From the human T2T-CHM13v2.0 reference genome, Homo sapiens, in the NCBI RefSeq assembly GCF_009914755.1, contig NC_060926.1: DNA of 64,000 nucleotides; one strand, given 5' to 3'. The notes beneath the pieces were generated by a model that worked only from the letters and a program-made list of their open reading frames with translations, had not been told where the DNA came from and did not search any database. This document shows, piece by piece, positions 19,221 through 33,885 of this stretch (position 1 is its first letter; the number at the start of each line of letters is the position of its first letter). A program made the translations under genes and the position numbers.

Positions 19221-20499
19221 ATTCAAGAAGCCAAGCTTCAAAGTTTTGTTTAATATAAAGCTAATCCCTTTAATCTAAAATATTAAAGGAATTATCTATT
19301 TTAAAAATTCCAAATAAAGCCAAACTGTACCTCAGGGTTTCAATTTTAAAAATCTTGACTTATAATTAAGAAAAAAAGGGAAGCAGGATCTAAAAGGTAG
19401 TTTCCAGGTTTCAGTAAAGCAACCAGCAATACCTGGCTGAGGAGTCTAAGTTCCTGAGATCACTCATGGAACCAGTATTTGTTGAGCACCCATGATGTTC
19501 CATACTCTGGGCTCCAGATGTGAACATGCAGGCTGCCACTACACTTAGAGAAATTACAAACCATAAGACATAGCCCTTGAGTGCAAAAACCACCTCTATT
19601 AAGTAATATAAAATATTAGAGCTTGAGGGCTCCCAAGAGATTATCTAGTCTAATATCTGCATTGTACAAACAGGTTTAACTGAGTTGTCCATGGTTACAA
19701 GCAAGTTAGTGGTAAACCCCAACTTCCTGACTTTCCTTCACACTAATCTGTCCTTGTTTAGGAATTACTTCACCAAGAGTCAAGTCTTAATCTTTCATTC
19801 CTTTGTAACCCTGCAAATGTCATTCTGGAAAAACTAACCAATCTTCAAAATTCTCAATTCCTTTAGGCAGTGTTACTACTTTCTTCTTCTGTCTTCCCAC
19901 AGAACTCTGTATATTTGCATTACTGCACACACTACACTGTACTGTATAACTTGTTTATTTATCAGTTTCCTCTCCATAGACTATGAGCTCCTTGAAGACA
20001 ATTACTTTTGCACCAATCTAATAATTTAACATCCATGCTACCCCAGTCCCATCCCCAACCTCCTTTTCCTATTAGGACCCTGATACTATTCAAGTATCCA
20101 CCCTCCTTCACATGGTCACATGCTTCACTCAAGGGAGGCCCCCACTTAAGACCAATAGGTTAAGCATGGCATTCAAAGGCAATCACGGACACTCATTTTC
20201 CAGTGGTGCTGGGATGGGCACGCAAAGTCACTCTAGCAAATGTGATGAAAGAAAAGTCTGCTGGGGAGCTTCTGAGAAAGGTTTCCTTCCCCCAAGTGAA
20301 AGGTACAAGAAGACATTCTCCTTCCCTGGACATTGCCTTAACTACTACTGGATTTATTTGAGACACTAGATTTCCTTGGAGAACTTTAGGTCATTTGAGT
20401 CAGTTTCCAATTACTCTTAAGTCAGAAGCATCCTAATATGCACATAGAAAAAGTGGTGGAGTTGTGACCCAAAAACATAGACAAGGTGATTTCATAGCC

Positions 20500-23510
<3,011 letters not shown>

Positions 23511-23525
23511 AAATTGTAGTGACTA

Positions 23526-24049
<524 letters not shown>

Positions 24050-24978
24050 CTAGAGCAAAGGAGTCCTGTGACTTTTTAAGTCCAAACCAATCTCAAAAGA
24101 TTGAGTCAATGAAAAAAGCACAAAAGATTCTATGTCTGTAAGCCCCTTTAACAACGTCTATAGCACCTATTAGCAGTCATGCAAACTCTCCACTCTTCCT
24201 TCCATCTCAACCTTGACCCAAAGGGGCCACCCTCTAGGGAAATGAAAAGAGAGCATAAGGGGATGAGAATAGGGGAGGAAGCAGAGAGAGGAACACCACC
24301 TCTTCAGCACTTCAAGTCCAATCTAGTTTTTATTCAGGAAAACTGTCTTTGAAAGGTAAAATGGTCAACCTTCACAACTCATTTGACCCATGGGACCTGG
24401 CCCCCACCCCCACCCCCACTCCCTACCAAGGTCACATAAACAGCCTTGACCTTTAGATCCTGAAGGATATCCTCTAGGCCATTACACACAGGTCACAGAA
24501 AAGTCCTTGACAACCTATTTCTGTCCAGGTACCTGGGCCAGCTTCACAACAGTGACCTGAAGGTAAAATGCTCCACACCTTATTACCAATTCAATCCCCC
24601 AGAGAAAATCAGTGAAGACATTTGTTATTTATAAAGGGCAACTCACCAAGGTCTCAGGACCTATTTGCTGCAAAACATAATATACACATTAACTTCAAGG
24701 CTACAAATGCTTGTCAACTTTCCAACAAAAAAGCCTCCCCTTATCTGTTCACTTGACCTTCTGTCAAAGTGCTAAAGGATGAGAATTTTTTGATCTGCAA
24801 TGAGTATCAAAGAAAACTCTACTTTCTCCAGAATGAAATAACCCAAGGCCACAATCTGATTGAGTGTCTTACTAGAAACCAAGGAAGCATGCTGACTGCT
24901 CACAAGGGATTTTTATAAGGGCCAATTTTGATCTACCAGTGCAGCCCAGCCACCTCCAAAAGTGCCTTCTAAAGCACA

Positions 24979-24987
24979 GCTTACCTT
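24979..24987 (-). promoter_or_regulatory. 5' splice donor AAG|GTAAGC
   Basis: Near-consensus U2-type donor immediately after codon Lys65. Confidence 0.92.
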
Positions 24988-25179
24988 GTAATTGCTAGAG
25001 TTCACCCAAGAGGTAGCAAGTCCATCCACAAGTTTATCTAACATGGTCTGGTCATGCTCAAGGTCAGCAGACTTCTGTTTGTCTGAGAAATAGTCTATCA
25101 GTTCTTGGCCAACCTGCAATCGTTTCCCCACATCCTTCTGCAACACCTGCGCCAGGCAGGACTCCATGCGAGGCTCCAT
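24985..25179 (-). CDS. CLASP1: CLASP1 (CLIP-associating protein 1) first coding segment, codons 1-65, N-terminal part of TOG1
   Basis: Translates to MEPRMESCLAQVLQKDVGKRLQVGQELIDYFSDKQKSADLEHDQTMLDKLVDGLATSWVNSSNYK, which I recognise as the CLASP1 N-terminus. ATG at 25179-25177 in strong Kozak context (ACT-ATG-G). Ends at donor AAG|GTAAGC, phase 0, 195 nt. Confidence 0.96.
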
Positions 25180-25209
25180 AGTGGAATTCAAATCCAGATC
25201 CAGCAAAAG

Positions 25210-25335
25210 CTAGAGGGCAGTCACGATGACTCCCTCCCAGCAGACGTATCTGGGAGGTTGCCTCTTTGTTCGCTGAAGGTTACTAAGAGCCTGTGTTTCA
25301 AAGATGCAATCTGGGGAATGGCAACAATGCACCAT
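25210..25335 (-). other. uORF3, 41 aa (MVHCCHSPDCIFETQALSNLQRTKRQPPRYVCWEGVIVTAL*), same frame as CLASP1
   Basis: Hand translation: ATG 25335-25333, TAG 25212-25210; 156 nt upstream of the main ATG. Confidence 0.6.
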
Positions 25336-25376
25336 GTGTGTCTGAAGAGCAGCTGGTAGGATATTAAAAGTCCAAT

Positions 25377-25463
25377 TTAAATAACTAGTAGGAGATAAAG
25401 GAGTGAGTGGCAGAGTGATGTTCTACTACTGGGTCTGAAATACTTCATAATTCAGCAGTCCAT
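25377..25463 (-). other. uORF1 (MDC*, 25463-25452) and uORF2 (MKYFRPSSRTSLCHSLLYLLLVI*, 25448-25377)
   Basis: Hand translation of the 5'UTR part of the exon. Confidence 0.55.
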
Positions 25464-25464
25464 T

Positions 25465-25498
25465 CTGAAAAGTAAGAGAAGAGAACGACAAATTAGCA
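25465..25498 (-). promoter_or_regulatory. 3' splice site: branch point (TGCTAAT, A at ~25493), polypyrimidine tract and CAG
   Basis: yUnAy match ~29 nt upstream of the exon, followed by a pyrimidine tract with no intervening AG. Confidence 0.8.
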
Positions 25499-26059
25499 CA
25501 GATAACATAACACCCAAATGTTATGAAACATTAAATCAAAGACAAAGCAATTCATGCTGCAGAATCATTTATAATCACAAGCAGAGCGAGAAGCATGAAC
25601 GGCTTGGCAACCATATCGAAATAACATAATTATTATTTTTATCAGGAAGAACATCGAAGCCCAAAGAAGAGCCAATGAGCCACACAGTTGGCAGGTTGAT
25701 GTTTTCCAGAATTTCCCAGCTTGTAAATGCACCAGACAGGAAAGCAATCTTCTGCTTTAGCTAGCATATTTATTTGTAACTTCAATTCTATTTCCCACCA
25801 GAAATCTAACACCACTCTGTGTCTGAATCACTGTAGGTACTGCAGCTTACTGCCTTACTCTCAGTCTTCTAAAAAAAAACCAAGTATGGGAAATGAGGAA
25901 GGCTCTATAGAAAACACTGTTGACCAAAGTGGCTGGCTTGGTCACATTAAACAAAGTCAAGGGCAGCACCTACATCACACTACTTTACAATGGAGTAAGT
26001 GGTAGCCTCCATCTCCTCCTCCCTACAACAAAGAAAAGAAAGACACAAAAAGAGAAAGG

Positions 26060-26703
<644 letters not shown>

Positions 26704-27572
26704 CTAGTGTTTTGATATTAAAATTAGGAGATCTCAAAATCATGTTTGAGTAGGGTAAAATACATGATATGAGAAAAGTACCAAAACCGTTCTAACTACA
26801 CAAATTGCATAAGCTCTCTCGTTAACCTATAGCTGCTGGAGCATTGTACAAATTTATTTCTGACTTACTCTAAAACCATTACTTAATTCCTTTCATTTTA
26901 AACCAAGAAGACCCATAGGAAACCTATCTTCAAGATTCAGTACCTCCCTGATACTGTGCCAAATTGAAGCTTTTTTCACACCAGTAGTAAGTCCCAACTT
27001 TCAAAGTTTCCAGAAAACATATCTTTGTTTTCTAAATAAAGTAAAATTAAAATTCTCAGTAGAGTAACTCACAGTCTGAACACAGCAATTCTCTCCCTTT
27101 CTAATACCACCCCATCCCCACCCCTAATCTCAACGTAAAAACATTGAGATTCTTTCTGAGGTATGGAATCATATACATCAAGTCATTCAATGAGGAAAAC
27201 CCTCCTTCAAAGCCCCAGCACATAACTACCCATCTTCTACTTTACTGCTTCCAACAACACAGAAGAGTGAGGGAAGGATAGCATTCAACGGGACTTAGTA
27301 TCTCACAGAGCAATCCTTCCTTATATTGAGGAGAGATCTGCTTTCCAGTCATGTCCAAATGCTGGAACTAGTCCCTCCTTCACAACAAAGAGCTTCAAAA
27401 GCAGCTATTATCCTTCATTCCAATTTTTAGTACAAATGTAATACTTGCAGTTCCTTTATCATCTCTTATGTTGGACTAAAGAAGGTATCAACGATACGGG
27501 AAAACTTAAGAAACCAAAAGAATCTCTTTCTGGACCTACTATTAGTCCAAGAAGCAGAACAAATAAGCACCA

Positions 27573-28048
27573 GGTTGGTGGTATATTAAAAATGGCCACA
27601 AATTCTTTGCTACTCCTACCTCACCCAGGTGGAGTCCAAGTCCCCTCCTGCAATGACTCTGGGCTTAACCCTGTGAAATCAGCAACTACAAAAGCAAGCA
27701 AAGACTTGCTATACAAGCAATGGAACTTGCCCTCTTAGAATGCTGCCCTGGGACGGCCATGCTGTAAGGAAGCTGGCCTAGCCTATTGGACATGAGAGGC
27801 CACTTGGGGAACCAACATGCTCTGACCAACAGCCAGCAGCAACTGCCAGACATGTGAGTGAGGCCATCTGGGACCATCTACCCATTCCAGTCGTCATCCG
27901 ACTGCAGTTATGCCAGTAAGTGTAAGGAAACAAGCAGAAAAGCCACCAAGCCAAACCACAGAATTATGAGAAATAACATTTCATTGTTGTTTTATTTAAG
28001 CCACTAAATTCAGAGCGGTTGGTTACAGAGCAATAGATAACTGATATA
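27573..28048 (+). mobile_element. MaLR solo LTR (MLT1F-like)
   Basis: AAAAATGGCCACAAATTCTTTG start; CCAACAGCCAGCA...CCAGACATGTGAGTGAGGCC; TTTAAGCCACTAA...GCAATAGATAACTGATA end. Confidence 0.75.
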
Positions 28049-28944
28049 CTCCTTCTTCCCCTAAACAACTATCATTCATTTTCATTCATTCTCAATGAAA
28101 AAAAATTTCATAGCGTTTACTCCTTCAAGGGGCCTAAAATGAACAGATACTAACCAATAATAATAATAATAATACAATTTAAGGAGCTACATGAGGTGTC
28201 AGCTTCTGTGCTTACGTAATACTGATTTATATAATACTATCTCTAATTCTTCAACTCTATAAAGTAGGTGTTAACGTCCTTATTTATAAATTAAGAAATT
28301 GAGGTAAAGTATAGATAAGTAATTTTCCAAGGTTGCATGGACAATGAGTTTCCTTTCCCCACCTTGAAAACATTATTAGAAGTCTTAGCCTAATTCTGTT
28401 TTGACTCAAGAGGTCAGATTTCCTGTTTAGACAGGAAGCAACAGGCAAGAGAGCAAGGTCTCTATTCCTTAAGTAAACACTAGGAAAGTTCCCATTCGTT
28501 CAAGTCTCCCTACTGTGATTTATAAATATATATCATAAGAAAACCTCCCCTTCAACCATAATTGTATAAGATTTCTAACAAATAAGCATATGCTTCTTGA
28601 ACGTAATTATGCAACAAAGGCTTAGTACACTCAAAAACAGGTCACAAATTCCTATCAACGAAATGCAAAGAATGAAAGAGACTGGAAGCCCCTAGGCTTT
28701 AAGCAGATTGAATTCTCTCTTCTTTTTCTTCTTAATTTAAAAAAGGTAACTATTCTCTCTTACACTTATTCTTATTAAACTGATGTTTTTGGACTTTTTT
28801 CATGTTTTTGTGTGTTTTCTACATCTCTATTTTCAGGGAATATTAATCACATAGTTCCAAATTCACAAGGTACAAAAGTGCAAGACCTGCCTTCCACCCC
28901 TGACCCTCCCAGCCACCCAGTTTCTCTCCTTAAAAGCAAGTAAT

Positions 28945-29243
28945 GGCCGGGCGCAGTGGCTCAAGCCTGTAATCCCAAGACTTTGGGAGGCTGAGGCGGG
29001 CGGATCATGAGGTCAGGAGATGGAGACCAGCCTGGCCAACATGGTGAAACCCTGTCTCTACTAAAAATACAAAAATTAGCTGGTCATGGTGGCACGTGCC
29101 TGTAATCCCAGCTACGTGGGAGGCTGAGGCAGGAGAATCGCTTGAAGGAGGGAGTCAGAGGTTGCAGTGAGCCGATCACGCCACTGCACTCCAGCCTGGC
29201 AACAGAGAGAGACTTTGTCTCAAAAAATAAATAAATAAAAATT
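28945..29243 (+). mobile_element. AluS
   Basis: Full Alu; AAGCAAGTAAT TSD. Confidence 0.88.
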
Positions 29244-29444
29244 AAGCAAGTAATGTCACCAGTTTCCCATGTATCTTTTCAGAAATATTTTCAGCTATCA
29301 AAACAAATAAATATGTGTTCTCCTCCCTGAATCTTCTAGGAAGGTTTTTCTAAACATTTGCAATTAAATCATAAAAAGAGAAATCAAAAAATAATTGTAT
29401 TTTAAAATGCAGAAAACTTAGAAAATAAGAGGGAAAAAGGATGA

Positions 29445-31890
29445 CGTGGAGGAGTGAGAGAAGAAGGAGGAGGAGTTACAGGAGGAAGAGGAGCTGGAGG
29501 AGAAGGAGAAGTTACAGGAGGAAGAGTAGCCTGAGGAGGAGGAGTTACAGGAGGAAGAGAAACTGGAGGAGGAGGAGGAGTTATGAGAGGAAGAGGAACT
29601 GGAGGAGGAGGAGTTATAGGAGGAAGAGGAGCTGGAGGAGGAGGAAGAGTTACAGGAGGAAGAGGAACTGGAGGAGGAGGAGGAGTTACAGGAGGAAGAG
29701 GAACTAGAGGAGGAGGAGGAGTTACAGGAGGAAGAGGAACTAGAGGAGGAGGAGGAGTTACAGAAGGAAGAGGAGCTGGAGGAGGAAGAGGAACTAGAGG
29801 AGGAGGAGGAGTTACAGGAGGAAGAGGAGCTGGAGGAGGAAGAGGAGTTACAGGAGGAAGAGGAACTGGAGAAGGAGGAGGAGGAGTTGCAGGAGGAAGA
29901 GGAACTGGAGGAGGAGGAGGAGTTACAGGAGGAAGAGGAACTGGAGGAGGAGGAGTTGGAGGAGTTACAGGAGAAAGAGGAACTGGAGAAGGAGGAGGAG
30001 GAGTTACAGGAGAAAGAGGAACTGGAGGAGGAAGAGTTACAGGAGGAAGAGGAACTGGAGGAGGAGGAAGAGTTACAGGAGGAAGAGGAACTGGAGCAGG
30101 AGGAAGAGTTACAGGAGGAAGAGGAACTGGAGGAGGAGGAGGAGTTACAGGAGGAAGGAGAGCTGGCGGAGGAAGAGGAGTTACAGGAGGAAGAGGAACT
30201 GGAGGAGGAGGAGGAGTTACAGGAGGAAGAGGAACTGGAGGAGGAGGAGGAGTTATAGGAGGAAGAGGAACTGGAGGAGGAGGAGTTGGAGGAGTTACAG
30301 GAGGAAGAGGAACTGGAGGAGGACGAGTTGGAGGAGTTACAGGAGGAAGAAGAACTGGAGGAGGAGGAGTTGGAGGAGTTACAGGAGAAAGAGGAACTGG
30401 AGGAGGAGGAGGAGTTACAGGAGGAAGAGGAACTGGAGGAGGAGGAGTTGGAGGAGTTACAGGAGGAAGAGGAACTGGAGGAGGAGGAGGTGGAGGAGTT
30501 ACAGGAGGAAGAGGAACTGGAGGAGGAGGCGTTGGAGGAGTTACAGGAGGAAGAGGAACTGGAGGAGGAGGAGTTGGAGGAGTTACAGGAGAAAGAGGAA
30601 CTGGAGGAGGAAGAGGAGTTACAGGAGGAAGAGGAACTGGAGGAGGAGGTGTTGGAGGAGTTACAGGAGAAAGAGGAACTGGAGGAGGAGGAGGAGTTAC
30701 AGGAGAAAGAGGAACTGGAGGATGATGAGGAGTTACAGGAGGAAGAGGAACTGGAGGAGGAGGCGTTGGAGGAGTTACAGGAAGAAGAGGAACTGGAGGA
30801 GGAGGAGTTGGAGGAGTTACAGGAGAAAGAGGAACTGGAGGAGGAAGAGGAGTTACAGGAGGAAGAGGAACTGGAGGAGGAGGAGTTGGAGGAGTTACAG
30901 GAGGAAGAGGAACTGGAGGAAGAGGAGGAGTTGGAGGAGTTACAGGAGGAAGAGGAACTGGAGGAGGAGGAGTTGGAGGAGTTACAGGAGGAAGAAGAAC
31001 TGGAGGAGGAGGTGTTGGAGGAGTTACAGGAGAAAGAGGAACTGGAGGAGGAGGAGGAGTTACAGGAGAAAGAGGAACTGGAGGATGATGAGGAGGAGTT
31101 ACAGGAGGAAGAGGAACTGGAGGAGGAGGCATTGGAGGAGTTACAGGATAAAGAGGAACTGGAGGAGGAGGAGGAGTCACAGAAGGAAGAGGAACTGGAG
31201 GTTGATGACGAGTTGTTACAGGAGGAAGAGGAACTGGAGAAGGAGGCATTGGAGGAGTTACAGGATAAAGTGGAACTGGAGGAGGAGGAGAAGGAGTTAC
31301 AGGAGGAAGAGGAACTGGAAGAGGAGGAGTTACAGGAGGAAGAGGAACTGGAGGAGGAGGAGTTGGAGGAGTTACAGGAGAAAGAGGAACTGGAGGAGGA
31401 GGAGGAGTTACAGGAGGAAGAGGAACTGGAGGAGGAGGAGTTGGAGGAGTTTCAGGAGGAAGAGGATGAGGAGGAGGAGTTACAGGCAGAAGAGGAGCTG
31501 GAGGAGGAGTTATAGGAGGAAGAGGAGCATGAGGAGGAGGAGTTATAGGAGGAAGAGGAACTAGAGGAGGAGGAGGAGTTACAAGAAGAAGAGTATGAGG
31601 AAGAGGAGTTACAGGAGGAAGAGCAGCATGAGGAGGAGGAATTATAGGAGAAAGAGGAACTGGAGAAGGAGAAATTGGAGGAGTTGGAGGAGGAGGATTT
31701 GGAAGAATTGAAAGAGGAGGAGGACTTGGAGGAGGAGGAAAAGTGGAAGGAAGAGGAGGAATTAGAAAAGCTGGAGAGGGAAAAGAGGAGGAGGAGTTGA
31801 GGGAGTTGGAAGAGAAGGAGAAAAAGAAGAGATGAAGTTAGAGAAGTTGGAGGAGGGGGAAGAAGAGGAGCTGATGGAGCTGGAGGAGGA
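29445..31890 (+). repeat. ~2.4-kb GA-rich VNTR; units of about 30-39 bp built from (GAG)n, TTACAG, GAGGAAGAGGAACTG and optional TTG; degenerate ends
   Basis: Directly visible tandem array; unit length varies in steps of 3 nt. Confidence 0.95.
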
Positions 31891-33084
31891 AGTAAAACTC
31901 TCTTCCATCCACCCATGTCCTGCCCAGGCTCTCCATGAGGGAAAAGTAGAATAAGGAAACCTAGGTCTAAAGTTAACCATAACCAGTGGTCACCTATGCC
32001 TGAGCTAAGTAAAAACCAGGTCTATTAGTCTATTATATTTAAGACACAATGGGAGGCACTGCGATACAAACATAAACAGGACTCAGCCCTTGCCTGCCTT
32101 TAGTGAGATTATGAACTACTGTTTACAATCCCTGCAGTCAGTTCTATAATCATCATTCAAAAGAGCAGTGTTACAGAGAAGAATTACCTTACAGCAGTGT
32201 TGACATCAAAGATTATTCAGAATGTAACACTATTTCTGAGTTTAAAAAAAAGTTCAATTTTCATAATTTTCCAAAAGAATATGAGAGACATTAAAATGAT
32301 ACAGAAGAAACAGTAGAGGAGGTGACAATAGCAAAACATCTTTATTCTTCTTCATCAGGAAAAGTTTTCTCCTTTAGCAAGATCTACTATGAAGGCTACT
32401 GAACACACTAAATGTCACTGTATCAGTCACCTGAGAAAAGGGACACATTTTGGATATTTCTGAAAAAATGGTCCAACTCTTCCCAAACCCAAACCCCTTT
32501 CATTCTCCAACATCAACATTCTCTGCCCCCACTACAGTAGTTAGGTTCCAAGCATCTCAACCTTTTCCTGTCACATCATCTTGGTCCACAGGGCCAAAAC
32601 AATAAAAGGTCAAGACAATTGTCCTAGTCATGCTCCTTTATAGTACCCTGGAAAGTAGAAATTATCAGAGGAACCAGAACAATGGACCAACTCTGCTGCA
32701 GGTCAACAGGAAGAAGTTTAAAAATACCAACTTCAACAAGAAGGAAGGAACACACAATAAAAAAAGACATCTTGATGTAATGAAAAGAGGCATCAAGTTG
32801 GGAATTTTGGCCTCTGGTCTTGACTCCCAAGTGGCACTGTGGAGAATACCAGCTCTAGCATGCATCAAATAAGATTAAGAATGAAAAAGCACATGCACAA
32901 AGCCTTTTTTTTTAAAAAAAAAAATAGCACCTATCTCCAGCCCCTTAATTACCATATCTACCTGTGGCACTTACACACACTATCAGTAAAGAACTATTAA
33001 CAATGGGGGATGGAAAGAAGAGAATCAATCATAAGCTCTGACAACTTTTTTAGTCTACTGTAGACTTCTTTGTAAGAAATTAAA

Positions 33085-33885
33085 AGGAGGACCATTTATA
33101 CTTAGTAGCTTAAAACAATAATGAATTAATATTTCCCATAAGTCTACGAGGTGGCTGGGCTCAGCTGGGAAGATCTTGTGCTAGTCTTTCCTGGGATCAT
33201 TCATGCAGTTGAGTCATCTGGCATTTTTACTGCAGCTGAAGGCTCTACAATGGTGTCACTCACATGTCTGGGACTCTGGTGCTGGCTGTTGGCTGGGCCT
33301 CTCTCCACACATGATCTCTAACCATTCAGTGGCATAGCCTAGAGCTCATCATGTAGTGGCTGGAGCACTCCAAGATGACAAAGGGGGAGGCTACCAGGAC
33401 TCCTGAGACCTGGGATCCACAGTTTGCATGTTACTTCTGCCACAATCTATTGGTAAAAGCAAGTCACAAGGCCAGTCCGCATTAAAAGTGTGAGGAAGCC
33501 GGGCGCGGTGGCTCACGCCTATAATCCCAGCACTTTGGGAGGCCAAGGCAGGTGGATGACCTGAGGTCAGGTGTTCGAGACTAGCCTGGTCCACATGGTG
33601 AAACCCCATCTCTACTAAAAATATAAAAACTAGCCAGGCGTGGTGGTGTGCGCCTGTAATCCCAGCTACTCAAGAGGCTGAGGCAGGGAAATCACTTGAG
33701 CCTGGGAGGCAGAGTTTGTGGTGAGCTGAGATCACACCACTGCACTCCAGTTGGGGCGACAGAGTGAGACTCTGTCTCAAAAAACAAAACAAAACAAAAA
33801 ACAAAAACAAAAGTGTGAGGAAATGGATTCTACCAATCAATAGGAGGAGCTACAAAATACTGTGACGTGTTTTTCAATCTAACAC
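33085..33885 (-). mobile_element. MaLR (MLT1-like) LTR remnant interrupted by a plus-strand AluS at 33497-33812
   Basis: AGTAGCTTAAAACAA, GCTGGGCTCAGCTGG, TCACTCACATGTCTGG and AAAGCAAGTCACAAGGCCAG motifs. Confidence 0.65.

Larger units (their letters stand above)
24985..25464 (-). other. CLASP1: Complete 480-nt CLASP1 exon (285 nt 5'UTR + 195 nt CDS), probably exon 2
   Basis: Acceptor on minus strand TTGTCGTTCTCTTCTCTTACTTTTCAG|AATGG with AG at 25466-25465; donor GT at 24984-24983. Confidence 0.9.

Noticed and set aside
24913-25206. 97-aa track ORF as the CLASP1 CDS
   Set aside because: It starts at an upstream TTG and runs through the splice donor; the supported coding part is 24985-25179.
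29441-31564. Arg-rich (protamine-like) and Gly-rich ORFs in the other VNTR frames
   Set aside because: Alternative frames of the same tandem repeat; open frames are expected from its composition.
29445-31890. CRISPR-like array
   Set aside because: No unique spacers; the variable parts are GAG copy-number changes, and the DNA is human.
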